Part shown: piece after piece, positions 21,701-36,700 of the stretch
Position numbering within the stretch: the first letter of the stretch is position 1
Layout: each line of letters opens with the position of its first letter
NCBI GenBank assembly: GCA_015055665.1
Contig: SVHX01000001.1
Location: 1,109-65,108 of the forward strand
Source: Clostridiales bacterium
Lineage (GTDB): Bacteria; Bacillota; Clostridia; Christensenellales; UBA1242
Length of the DNA stretch: 64,000 nt
Direction of reading: 5' to 3'
The notes under the pieces: model-generated
What the model saw: only the letters and a program-made list of their open reading frames with translations
What the model was told of the DNA's origin: nothing
The model's database searches: none
Translations under genes and position numbers: made by a program

Positions 21701-24700
21701 AATACTTATGCTTACTTCTTAGAGGGATCGAATCCTGTGTTTGTTGCTAACAAAGGTAGAAATTCTGCTAGAACTATAGCAACATTACCTCAGAATGTAT
21801 ATAGAGTAAGTAACTTTACAGATAGAACTGCGTTTGGCTCGGGCAAAACTCCAACAGTTGCTAAGGGCACATCTGCTATGTCTTATTCTGATACGTCTAA
21901 CAGCAAATTTGTGAAAGATAGACTAACTCACACAACTCATGCTGATGAGGTAGGTCAAGGCGGAGGATCAGATCACTACTATGTAGTAATATATCAGACA
22001 TACATACCTCACAAAGTAGGTATTCTGGCTATGCAGTTTGATATGACTATGGGTAATACTCAGTCTGGAATTAGTACTGCAATTAATGGTGTTGTTAGTG
22101 GATATCAATGTACTGTTAGTTATGAAACTAGTGTATTTGTATATACAGATACATTTGGTAACAAATTGTATGTATGGGGAAATTCGGCATGTAATGCTGT
22201 TCCTGCAATGACAATGGAAGGTCTTATACCAGTAGGTGGTGGATATATTGCTTCTACTAACTTATATTATTCGTACAACGAGTCTGAGTCACCAGCTGTT
22301 TATGAGTTTAATAAGTGGACACTATACGACTCTTATGCTAGTTCCAATTGGGCAACATCTGATTCTGCAACTAACCCTAGTGCTGTTAATACATTAGGAG
22401 CATCACATTATACTTGTTTCATAAGCAATAGTTATGCTTATCCTAGTACAACATATTCTGTAGTTCTTAAGCTTGATTACGTATTTACGGTTAATCTTGT
22501 ATATAGAATTAAGACAGCGTCTACTGGATCGTACAGTATAACAACACAATTTGCTGGTAATAATTTTGTGTCAATAGGAACATCTTCATCTCCATCTTGG
22601 AAGTCTGTTGCTAATGCTAATATTGCATTAACATATTCGGCAACTAGTAGAAATATATATGTTGCAGCCAAAGCTCCTAACGTTAGTGATGTAAGATTCA
22701 GAATTGAGGCGTTCAAATTCGCTACTTCAATTGACGCAGCGGGGGACACATTAATTACTTGTAATACGTCTTCTGATACTGCTCTTAACAAGGGTTATGG
22801 TTATATTAATCATAATATTACAATTAATAATGCAACACATGGATATTACTTTGTAGATATTATTCCTGTATATTCGTTTGGATATGCTACTGGAAATGAT
22901 GCAGATGTAGTATCTAACAATAATTATTCGGTAGAAACATACGTATCTACAACTGCTAGTAATGGAAAGTATGAAGGTCTGACCGGATTTGATGAATCTC
23001 TTAGCGGATATAGTTATGCTGTATCTGGTACAACATACTATGATGCTTGGAGCGTACTAACAATTACTCCTCAATTAATTGATGGATTCTCTGGATACCA
23101 CAAGACCGGAACTAAGGTTGGTTGGGAGTCTGCTAATGGTGTAACTAATTGGGTAACTAATGTTCCAATTGCTACTACCACTAGTGGAATATATACAGTT
23201 ACATTTAATCCATATAGTAGTGGAACTACATTATGGGATAAGTCGTTCTTTACAGGACTGAAATATAACGTTCAAGAGAAAACAATTACGGTTAATGTTT
23301 ATCTTGGACTAGTTGATACTGCTGGTAATAGTGTGACATATACTAATGCATTAGCATTACCTCAAGCGACTGTAGTATTTACAACAGACAACATATCTGA
23401 TGCATCTGTTACGCGTACGATAGCTGCGGATACAACTCTTACAAGTATGGAGAGTGCTGCTTATACCAAAGGTTACTATGGTTGGGTACAAGCGGTAGTA
23501 ACAATTACTAATGCTGGGACTAATACATATCTATTCCACGAAACAGATCAATTCAGAACAACTGGTAATAATATTACTTGTAGTTCGGCTATTGTTAACT
23601 CAATTACAGGTCATAATATTAACACAGAGTCGCTTACAACTAATAGATTAACTGGAACATTAAAGTTAATAGATGATATTCCAGCTAGTCCAGACAAGTC
23701 GACAACTGCATATCTAACATCTTCTTCTACTAATGGAAATATTGTTGTTAGTGCTAATTTAGTACAATTATTCTATGCAACTATCAATATTATGACACTT
23801 GGCGAAGACGGTATTAGTAATAGTGATACTCCATTAGATAGCTTTGCAATTACTAATAACAAAGTATTTGCTGACGGTACTGCTGGCGGCTCTACATTTG
23901 CAATTGTGTATGATAGCGGAATCAAAGGATACAAGATAACTACTCAAATTGAGTATCTTGATGACCTTAGCTTCTCTCTTGATACTATAATTGAGCCAAA
24001 GTATAGTGAAGGCACTTATATTAGAGGTTATATCTATAGCTTTATCAGTGTTAATGGCGGTCGAAACATAACTAGTTCGGTTAACACAACTAATAATGTT
24101 ATGACAGTTAATAGTGCTGATATGTACCAGGCAGTAACTATTGATATTTATTACATACCGGTAGTTGAGCTTGAGCTTAATATTAGTGCCGGTAAAGGAA
24201 CACTTGAAACGACTTTTGCTAACTTTAATAATGATGGCGGTAGCAACGAGTCTGTAGGATATTATACTTATTCTGGTGGTAATGCTACATATAATAATAG
24301 AACTAATCTTATTTATGCTACAGCAGATACAAAGCCTACTGGATCGGTATCTATAGCAACTGCAGCAATAAGTAATACACAAACAATTACTGCAACTTCT
24401 AGTGCAGTTACTAGGTATGTATATATTCCTATGCTTCATGCTGCTAATTCTAAGACTAACTTAGCACCAGTATATTATACGAGTACAGCTACAGCATATG
24501 TAGAGAATAGTGCTAATCTAGCTGATAGAGAAAGATATATACCAGATGTGTTAACATATTATGTGACTGCTTACTCAATGCACAATACCTATGTATATAC
24601 ATTTGATGGCAATACATATACAAGAGAAGAGATGGCTAGTGGCTTTAAGTCTGATGGCACAGCTATCGCTCAGAGAGAGACCGCTAATCCTGATGTAACG

Positions 24701-27700
24701 TTAACTACTAATTTTGCAAAGACTATAGGAACTACTAATTATACTCAGTATCCAACAAATTATCCTGCTAGTGCTAGTGATACTAGTAAGTTGGCAAATA
24801 ACTTCATACCAATGTATGCCAAATATTCTAGTGGTGATAACCATGAAGGTAATCATAGAGTAACTTGTAACTTCCTCAAGGAATACACTTTCTCTTATGA
24901 AACATATCTATCTTATGTACATGCTAATGAGAATTACATGACAATGAAGATTGATGGTAATACTTATAGCGAATATGATGATGTGTCTGGCACAACCGGT
25001 CGTATTCTTAACTTTACTAATATTCACGTAACTACAGCTGATGCTGAGCAAGAATTGATCCTTGATTGGGATACAGATACTTATGAGGCAATCTATTATA
25101 CATCTTCTAAGAAAACTTCTTCGGCAAGTGCTGATGTGGTTAATGTAGGAGCTCCTGTTATAAGTGATAGTGTTGCTAAGATTATTAATATATCAGATTT
25201 GGGATCAAATAATGCGTACTATATTTCTCAAAAATATGTACAGAAATCTAATCTTACAATTAATATCAATCCTACGAACTTTACTGCTGACGATCAACCA
25301 CAGATTAGTATTGCACAATCTCCAGTTGATCCTGGTACTAAAGTTCCTAGCGGTGCAACTCCAATAGGTACATCTAGTACATTTATTGGTAGTGTAGCAA
25401 GTAATGTTTATACTCCTAACAATGTATATGTTCATAATGCTACAAGCGAGGTTAATACAATCTCTGCAGTATTACAGAGTGATGTTAATTATACATTATG
25501 TGCTGAATACTTAGATCCTAACATATTTGGATACTACTTTGCAGGATTCTATTTCCAAGGACAATCTACATCTATTGAGAATATTACTCCAGAGGATTAT
25601 CTATCTAAAGTTGAGCCTCCAACCAATATCACTATCAATGGCGAAACTATATTGGGTTATACTTATACATTTAGTCCATTAACTGTACTTAATAATACAA
25701 TTATTGCTAGATATATAAGAATTGATCAACCTAATGATATTATCAATATTAGTGGTAATGCTCATGTTGAGATAAGTTATTCTTCGGCAACTAGCCTTGG
25801 AGCAATTGCAGCAGGTAATACTTATAAGACTGATATGACCAAATATTCTCAACCTATCAATACTATTCAGAAAGAGGATAGGGAAGTAAGTAGTGTAACT
25901 CGCAACTTTGTAATATTCGATATTTATCCAGGATACAAGACAGATATTACAACTGTCGTAACTGGTTATAAGAATAGTACACTTGATCTAACTACTAACT
26001 TTAGTTATGGTAAGGTAAGTGGTCAGAATTATTATAGACTTGCAATATTTATTGGTAACTTTACCAATAACGGACTAACAGATCTATATCACGATTATGC
26101 ATTGCTTATTAGCATTGTTGCCAAATCTCAGACTTGGGCAGATAATACACTTGCAGTTAGTAAGACTAATGGGGTATACAAGGTAGCTAATGGTTACCAA
26201 CTTGCGTACTGTCTATACAATCCTGATATTGCAGGAAGTGCAGATACTGAGATTGAGCTTACTGCTAATATTGACCTCGAAGATTATTTATGGATTCCTG
26301 TTAATAACTTTAGGGGAACAATTAATGCTAAATCTTATACAATCTACAATATCAATACAGCTACTAACTCAACAACTATAACTAACGGTGCTCCAGATCC
26401 AAGTAACACTACAACAGGACTCACAAGCATTGGTAATAGTAGTGGATTATATGGCACAATTGATGCTAGGTTCCAGAACGAGTACGATAACACAGAAGAG
26501 TATGATACTCGTGGTAAAGTATTCCATACTAGTATTGGGGGTAGTCCTAATATTGGCGATATCGATTCGTTAGCTAATGAAATTACATATTATACTTATG
26601 CGGAACAAACCGGTACAGGATTGCTAGGATATACCGAAAATGCTGAGATCTATGACCTTAGAATTGCAGCATACAATAACGTATATTATAATACAACCAA
26701 AGTATCTAGCAATTATCCATATTTAGTTATGGGTAGTATGGTAGCTACTGCGAATAACACTTATATTGTTAATTCTAGTATCAATAATTATGGTGGAGTA
26801 GGCGTATCGTATAGTTCGCTAATGAGTGTTCCTACTATCGTTCCAATTGGTATGTTAGTAGGTAAAATGACTGGCTTTGGCATAATTGATGGTGTTAATG
26901 TAATTAGTGGTACTAATTTGTCATCAACAGTTAGTGGTCCACAAGATGCAGGCAGTTATGTAGGTGGAGTGCTTGGTATGAGTAGTACAGCAACTGCCAA
27001 GACCTATTCTACCTCTAGCGTATCTGCATCAACACATATTATTAATGTATCACAGCTAGCTAACTTTAGCGTATCGAGTAGTACCGCCACCGCAGGTGTA
27101 GTTGCTATTCAAGATACAGATGCAGTTATTTATATTAGCGAAACTATATTAGGTATTACAGGATCTGCTAGTGGAAGTCTTGCTCCATTATGTCAGAATA
27201 TATCTGATTCTTCGGATATTAAGGTTGATAATACTTATGTTAGTCAATTTGTAACTAACGCATCTAATACCACGGTTACATCTACGAGCGGAATTGCTAA
27301 TAACTTTAATAATGGTAAGTGGAAATTGTCTGGTGCTACTCCAGTAGCGTTAAGACGAGCTATTAGAGATACATATACTCCAACTAATGTATCTATAGCA
27401 GATAATACAACTTATCTAATTACAACAGGTCAAGAACTTATTAATCATCTATATTCGGCTCAAACATCTTATAGCTCTGCTACTGGTGTTAAGCTAAGGA
27501 TAACTAATAATATTGATCTAGGTAATATTATCTGGAGATCTTATAATCTTCCAGCTGGATACACATTAGATGGCGGCGGTTATACAATAACAGGCTTGCT
27601 ACTTAATGACGAGAAACCATATACGGCTGATGGACTAACAGGAAGTGCATTTGCATCTTGCGGACTAGTTAATAATGTATATGGCACAATTAAAAATGTT

Positions 27701-30700
27701 GTTATAAGTGATGCTTACTCAATTATTGTGGGTGACGACACTGTTAATAACGAAGCAACTAATTCGAGCTATGATATTGATGATGTTGATATTGATTATT
27801 TTGGATTCGTTGCAAGGACTCTTCAAGCTGCTGGTAGAGTTCAACAATCAATTATTAGTGGACTTAACGAGTCGTATACTAATGCGACAGTTATTAAAAT
27901 TGGTGGTGTAGTAGGTAGCGACATTACTGCAAGCAATGGATTGTATGAGGTTGAGTTTACTGGAACGATTGATGTATATAGTTATATCAAAGCGTTTACT
28001 ATTGGTGGAATCTCGGCTACCAGTGGTGATGCCAATGCTAGATTGCACTCGGCAGCTAAGATTAACGTGTACAATCTAGCACCAACGACTACTTCTTATA
28101 TTGGTGGAATTATAGGTAATTCAACAACTGGACAAACACTTACAGATTCTTATTACGGTAACGGATCTAGTATAGATATCCATGGATTATCTGCTACTAA
28201 TATTAAGATTGGTACAATTTCTGGTGGCAGTTCTAACCTTACTAGGGTATATAATGGTTATAATACTAATTATCCAATTAGTGGTGTATCTGCATCAAGC
28301 ACTAATGTTTATTCGTTATTCGGTACATCTAAGAATCTTGAGCCAACTAAGGCTAACACTCTAGCACTTGCTAAGGCTAATATGACCGGTTATGACTTTA
28401 TCAACGTTTGGACAGTTAATACTGATATTAGTGGTACAGGATATCCATATCCTATTCTAATTGGCAACCTAAATGCTCATGATATTACATTAATAGCAGA
28501 GATTGAGGGTATGGGCTCAGGCGAAACTGCAATTAATGCAGGAACAATTGTCGATCATGCAACTAACTATAATGGAGATGCAACTTGGGGTAATAGCTAT
28601 CACATTGATTCGACATTATCAGGTGATAACAAGCTTAATACTCAAATAGCTAAAGCTCTACATAGTACAACTCTTACTAGCCATACAGTTACAGTTACTC
28701 CAGCAACTGGATATCATATTGCAAGAATCGAACTTGATGATGTAACAATTTACTCTGGACGTATGACTTATGAGTCTAACAATAACGATCCTCAAACATT
28801 TGATATTAATACTATGTTTAGTACATATGAGAGTAGCTTTACTGCCCAATATGCTAAAACTCTAGCAGAAGAAAGCGAGCATACTATCAAAGTTGTGTTC
28901 TCTAAAGACTTCTGGTATATCGAATCTGGTATTTACGATCTAACAAGCGGAGCATACCAGAATAACGATAATACAGATGGCAGTGGTGCTAGTCCTACAG
29001 CATATGGTGTAATGGCTAGTAAGTATGGTCAGATCACAACTACAACTAGCAATACATTTAATCTAACTCATGCTAATGGGTCAGACTTGTACAATAATAA
29101 TTCAGCAGGTAATACAAATCATTGGACACTTGCTAATAGTAAGACAGATTACTATTATATAGATACTTATCCAACGCTTGAATCTACTGTTTCATTTACA
29201 TTTAATAGTAGAGTCGAATATGGATCTGGTAATAGTATAATAGCTTCAAGACTAGTCGGCTGGGTATATGTTCCGATTATTAGTAGTAATATTAATACGT
29301 CAATAACTGTATCAGAACTTATAGCTAACAATGCTTATATGATGATAAGCAATACTGGTGCTGTTTCATTTGGAACACCAACAGGTGGCTATACTAATTA
29401 CATTGAAGAGTTATTTGATAATTCTAAGCTAGACAACTCTGGAATTACTACAGATAATACAACAATTACTTATACAACCAAAGATGGAGATAAAGTAACC
29501 AACAACTATATTTCCGGTAGTACAATCACTGTTAGACCAGAGGAATCTCCTTATGGAAGTGGTGTATTCTACGCAGTTGTTGAGTATATTGCGGTAGGAT
29601 CGTTTAACGATCAGATTCATACACATATACACGACATTGATGAGTGCTTTACAGATGGTGTAATTACTTGTAATGATGATTTCCATGCAATTTCACATAC
29701 AGTAACAAGTGGTGCATTTAGTAGTTCTGACAAAGAAGCAGCTAACTGTATCATTAGCACAGATTCTACAATCAAATATCGTGACGAGGCTGGCTCTCAG
29801 ATTGACATTACTTGGGGAGATTATATCCCTAATGGAGCAGGACATAGCGAAGACGCTCCGCAAGTTACTCTCACTCTTGCTAATATAATTGCAGGTAGGG
29901 TAATTGGACGATTCGCCCGTACGTTCTACGATCTAGAAACAGACACCGTCCGCACATGGTATTATGTATATGATGAAGTTGCAACTACAGTACTCAATAC
30001 TATTTACGAAATTAATGGTAGTACTAAGACAATAATATTTAATCGTAAAGACGGAGAAGCTCCAGTTAACTACGATCAATATATTAACCATATCAATAAT
30101 TTCCGTGTAGAGAACTTTACAACAGTTACAACTGATCCTGTTACTGGTATCAAATACGCTACAAGCGAATTAAGACTTACCAATTGGACCATAGAGTATG
30201 CTGGTCAATATACATTCTTCCTAAGAGAGAATTTATATGATGTAACAACTCAAATTACTAATCCTCAGAACGAAACAGAGACATTAGTTTATGTTTCTAG
30301 CCAAGAGCTTGGAACTTCTGGACGTTCTTCAACGTTCCTTGCTGGCGTTAAGACAGACGAAAATGGTGTTAGCTATTACAAGATTGGTGCTGGTTCATAC
30401 GCAGTTCTAGAGAATAATATTGTTCATGAAGAAGTTGTTATGGCGGGTGTGTATAACTTAATTGTTCAAGTGCATTACAATGCCGGATCAATTATCATAT
30501 TTACTCAGATACCTAATAACTACTTCATGCATCATACATTTAAGACTGGTTCTAAGTATAGATTATCAGATAAAGTAGGTGTCTTAGCTAGGGATCTTAC
30601 AGATCCAACAACTGGACTCAATACTGTAAGCAAAACAACATCATACACTCAGACTGCTGTTAATACCGGCGTGAGGGATAATGGATATCTATATTATATC

Positions 30701-33700
30701 TACGAAGTCGATTCTACTATCACAGATATTGATAAGACTTACTTCTATGATTATGGTAGATTAACTAACGAAGCTGCTAATATGATAATCGAAGTAACAT
30801 TTGAAGAAGACAAATTTACATACTTTGATCAATTAGGTCTAGATGTTACTGGGCTTACTACCGCCACCCCAGAGAGTGTTACGGTTACTGGTGACGCTAG
30901 TATTACAGATGCCGAAGGATTTATATCCAAATATATTGACTTCACTCTTGTATCTGGAGATAATGGCCTTACTAGAGATACAGCATTTGTACTCAATAAT
31001 CCTTACAAACTTGGATATCTAGCTTATCTAATAAACGAAGGTGTACAGATTAATGGCAAGGGTGCTTCCCAGTATATTTATCAAGTTGTTGGTACATTAG
31101 ATATGTACGATAGATATTGGGATACAATTAGCATATTTATTAATGGTACAATTTTTGGAACTAATATTAATGAAAATCTATATACTACTGCAACAATTGA
31201 TAATTTGCAATTGTCTGCAAGTGACGAAAGTGGCTTTATTGATTTGTTTGTAGGTGCAACAATTAGCGATATTAACTTCACTAATATGGATTATAATCAT
31301 GACGCAACCCATACTTACAATAGCTATATCCTGTTTAATCTGCTTGTAAGTGCTACATTAGATCGTATTAGTGTGACTGGGACCAAAGTTGATTGCAATA
31401 ATTCTGTGGGTTTAATTTATAACTTTGGAGCAACTTCAATATTAAATGAATCTTATATAGGATTAGTTACTAAGGCTGGTTCGTCTTCTAACCCTAATGG
31501 TAAATTTATATTTGAAGCTGTTGATAAACATGCAACTATAAAAGATAGTTATATTAATGTTGGTGGATATTTAGGGAATGATTATACTACCTTATTACCA
31601 CAATGTCATAATACAATTATCGAAAAGAGTGGTACGAGTACTACACATACTGTAAGTGGAACTAACCATATTATAGATAGTAACTTCTATACTAAGTCAG
31701 AGTCTGAGGCGAAGTCAATACTTACTGATATAGATACTACTAGAATTTGGAAGTACAACGCTACAACCAAGACATTTGATATGGTTAAATTACAGACTTA
31801 TGAGCTTGCTAATGTTGCATATAAGGTAAGTGGTACTGCTCCAACGGCTGGAGATGGATCCAAATATAACCCTTATATAATTGATTCACTAGCTAAGTAT
31901 TATTGGTTTGTAGATAAGATGAATACTGATGCTTCATATAATGATGATGCTAAGTATTATGCACTTGGTGCAGATATTGACTTTGCGGGTTATTATGTAG
32001 ATGTCATTGACGATTTCCGTGCTAACCTTGATGGTAGGGGATATGTTCTTAAGAATATGTACTACTACAATAATACTCTTGTAAACTTCGCTCCAATAAT
32101 TACTAATAACGGAGTTGTAGATAGATTGTATATTAGCAATATCAATCTTAAGAGTGTATATACAGATTATAGTACAGATACTTATTCTGCAGGACTAATT
32201 TCTAGTAATAACGGAACGCTAAGTCGTACAAGTATCAATGGTAATATGATAAGCAATGCATCATATCATGCAGGTGCAGTAGCACATAACTATTCTGATG
32301 GTATTGTGGATACCGTTATAATCTCAAAGAATAATACAATCAATTCTAATATTATATCGTCTGCCGCTGGGGAATCTGATGTTGTAGCTGGTGTTATAGC
32401 ATTAGATGAAGCAACTACAGCTAATATGCTAGGAGTAGAAGATACTAATATATTGGGATATTGTAATATTGCTGGTGTTACCTACTCTGAAACATATATT
32501 TCAGTATCTAATTTATATTCTAAAAATATTTATATTGGACAATACAATGTTCAAAATGCCAGCGTTGTTGTTTTGAATTCGGATACTGTGATTTCTATAA
32601 GCAATATATATTCAACCGCGACATACGGAAATGATGATGATATAGAAGGATTAGTGGTTTATAATCTTGGTGATGGCGATATTAATATCACATATGCTTA
32701 TGCATTATCGCAAGCGTCAGTTCCAGTTGCTTATAGTGAAGGCGGTGCAGTTAATTCAGTAATGACAGAGTCGTTATCTGCTAGTGAGATGACAACTACT
32801 AAGTTTGATCCTAGTTCTTGGGATTATGCAAGAGTATGGAGTGTATATGGTAGCACACCAGTATTCAAGTACTTTAATGATAATATAATTCAATTGCCGT
32901 TTGGCGAAGATTATGATTATATTGATGCTAGTACAATTGATGATGTTTATGGAGCAACTAATCAGTATTATACTTATAATATTGATGCTAATGATAATAA
33001 TAGGCGTGTTGCTGGCAAGTATATAGTAGTTCGTAACGCATCTACGGGCGATAACTATATCATTGAAGTTCTCAGTGGTAGCGAGAACGGAGTTAATATT
33101 ATGCAGACAGGTGTAGGTGGTAGCACACTTAGTCAACGCGAGATAGTTATTAATCCAGATGGTACAATCTACATATATAAGGGTGCAACTGCTACTATTA
33201 ATGTTACATCAGTTATGTATAGACATATTACTGAGATTAGATTGCGTAATTATAACGATACATCCGTTGATGATATCGAAGAAAATACTCAAGGTTACCA
33301 GATGACTTATGATGGTGATTATACCAATAACCATAGATTGACAGATGGTAACAAAGTTGGTGTAACGTTTACAATTATTCCTACTCTAGATATATCTGAT
33401 ATGTATGATAGAGATAGATTCGATTACTATGTAACAATATCAGATGCAATTGATACTTATGATGTATCACTTAGCCGTACTCAGAATACTTCGACTACTA
33501 ATAACCTTATCTATGACGCTACTATTACTGATGGAACTAATACTGTTACAATCCGTAATAATATAGCTGACAAAGATATGGCTGACGGAGAGAAATTAAC
33601 ATTATCTAATATCGAGCATGGCAAAACAGTTACAATCTCACTTGCTCTTAATCCTACAATTCTTGCCAAAGTTGACGAGAATATTAGGGTAGACAAGTGG

Positions 33701-36700
33701 AGATTAAAAGGAAGTATGGATAATAACCTACTTCTAAGTGATGTAACAATCACAGATTCTCAGTGGGACGAAACGTATGGTATTACTAATGCCCTCAACG
33801 ATCTAGAAGGTGCAGGTTATACGGCATTGCCAATTGAGAATGATATTAATAATATTACCTCTGCTACTGCTTACTATGATGTAACCGCAGGTCGCATCTC
33901 TATTACATTTACAGCTACAACCACTACTTGTGGCGAATATGTGGTAGACCTAGTTCACCAGTGGTTAGTTCAAGTAAGTATGAAGATAAGTACTGACGCT
34001 GGCGAGAATTACCCAGATGTATGGCTAAGCGGTAGTGCTAATGGCGAAACACTATTCACAGATAGAACTCTATCTCAGGTAGTAGATGCTAATGGCAATA
34101 CAATAGGCTACAATAGACAGTACATAGATGCAGATGGAACAACAGTTAATACGCTTAACCATGGTATCTACACAATAGGTAATACTAATTACAATTATAA
34201 TGCTACCGGCAATATTGAATATCCATTTAATTACTTGCCAGAAGCTACAAGAAATGTAAGTTACCAGAATATATTCGTAGATAACGGAAATTCAATTAAT
34301 GTGTACACATCACATACTCGTAACTATACCTTTAATGGATTCACAGATAGTGGAACCAATACCATAAGGACAGATACATTATCTCAACATTCTGCAGATT
34401 ATATTATCCTATACCACTATGTAACACTTACAATTACTCGTGCATATAGCGGAACTAATGCAGCTAATAGATTCATAGCACATTATACTCCAGCTATACA
34501 CAATGTTAATGTTATAGTGTCAGAGGGTGAGATCTGGGATTATAATCAACATAATGGTGAGGTCGAAGCTCCTGCATCAGTACTAGCCGGTAACGACATC
34601 AGCGACGACAAGGTAACAGGTACTAATATCAATAGCAGTGTATTGCATGGCGAAAGCATCACTATCAAGACACTTCCAGATATTAGATATATACTTAACT
34701 TTGTCGAAGTTAAATATTATAACTATATCACAGATGAGAACGAAGTTCGTAAATATCGTCTAAATAGCAATGGAACTATTTCTTATGTAGGCTATAAACC
34801 AGCTCAATTATCTCTACCAACTATGGAGATATATTCGGATGGATCTTGGATAACCTCTACAATATCTATGCCTTATACCGAGCCGGTAGTTAATTCTACA
34901 GGAGATAAGATAAGGACGTATGAAATAGTGCTTAATAATGTATACGGAGATATTGAAGTTAATATAGACTATATTAGACTATATTGGAACGATACTCCTA
35001 CAACAACTACTACACCATCTCCATCTGGCAAGACGGCAACTGGAGCTATAGATAATCCTTATATTATTGATTCAGCTCAAGACTGGGGCTGGATAGTAGA
35101 TAATGCAAGCGAATCTAATAACTACTTCGAAGGCAAATACTTTGAGGTTACAGCTGATATCGACTTCGAAGCAAGATTCATGCCAAGTATTCCAGTATTC
35201 AATGGAACAATTATCGGTAACGGACATTCATTTAGTAATGTCATACTAGATGGAAATGAATTACTATTGTTATTGCTAGACGGAGCTAATGATCAGGGAT
35301 CTATATTGGGACGTAGGAATTATCTTGGAGAATATAAAGCGATTATTTGCGAACAAGAATCATTAATGATCTATTATGGACTAATATGTGTAAGTCATGC
35401 TGGTCAAATACGAGATCTAGACTTTGTTGGGCTTGATTTAAGAGTTGTAAATACAGCTCCTGCTGAAGATTTGGATCTTATTGTAGGATCAATAGTTGCA
35501 TATTCTGATTCTCAGTATTTAGATGGTTGGACACTCAGAGATGTGACAATAGATAATACATCCAATATTTCTGTTACAGATTCATATTCTACGACAGAAA
35601 ATGCTTCGTTAATAGTTGGAGGTATGCTAGGTGCTTCCGCAAGAAACGGTGTTGAATATTCTAATAATATGGCTGATATTACAGTTAATATTAATAACAT
35701 TATATGTACTCATCCAGAATACATGAATAGTCATGTCGTTGGTGGAGTAGTAGGTGTTGGTAATATTAGAAACTCTATTAATTATGGAGATATTAATGTT
35801 ACAAGTAATCAAGCGGTTTTAGTTGGAGGAGTATTAGGATTTGGAAATTCTACGTTATTAATGTATGCTGATGCACTTATTAATCATGGTAATCTAACAT
35901 TGAATAGTTCTGCCGAAGGAGTAGCAGGGATTGCTGCAATTGGATGTTATAATGGAACAATCTACGATTCTTATAACACAGGCGTAGTTAGTGCTACAGG
36001 CGGATATACAGCTTATGCTGCTGCTAATACTGTTAATGGCTATTCAACAACAAGTATTAATAGTGATGCGGCATTTGACGAAGGATTTGAATACTTCCAT
36101 TACTATGATGTATCTAGTCTAAGCGAAGCTAATAAGATGGCGGAGAGCAGTTATGCAGAATTCGACTTTGATGCCGAGTGGACAATAGATACTAGCGAAA
36201 GTTCGACTTACAAGTATCCTAGACTATGGTTTGAGTGTGCTAATGGTAGTTGGGCAGACACAGACTTTAGTGGAATAACTTTGAATTCGCTATACGTATC
36301 AGGACTAGATGCTTATGTAATATCAACTGCCGAAGAACTTGCATATATGTCTTATATTACTAATCGTAATACATCTGGATATGAGGCACTTGATGGAAAA
36401 ACATTTATAATAGCCTCAGCCGATGGCATAGATATGAGTGGCAAGTGGTGGCAACCAATTGATACAGATATATCTCTTAATATTATTGGTATCAATATAG
36501 ATAAGGCTAATCTACGTGCATTTGATGTAAGTCACTTAGGTGCAGATCAGGGTGTATCTATAATTGGCTTAACATCAAGAATTAATGGTTTCATCCACAC
36601 AATTGGCAATACTACTACTCAATCTAGAGTAGCTGGTATCAATATAGAAAAGCTTACAGTTGCATCAGATATTGAAAGTGAATTTGAAATAGATGGTGTT

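Noticed and set aside
23834-24439. A 201-aa ORF antisense to the giant gene. Other antisense or alternate-frame ORFs lie inside the giant gene, e.g. 15317-15757, 18200-18496, 22477-22791, 32774-33136 and 33511-33753.
   Set aside because: Their translations are Cys/Ile/Ser/Asn/Arg-rich low-complexity strings, as expected from reading the complement of ACT/AGT/AAT/TAT-rich codons. They have no RBS and lie entirely within a frame under obvious coding constraint.
24838-24852. An HEGNH (HExxH zincin-like) motif in the giant protein (…GDNHEGNHRVTCNF…).
   Set aside because: The local context lacks the hydrophobic residues and the downstream third ligand typical of metalloprotease active-site helices. 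A single pentapeptide match in 9,584 residues is not evidence.
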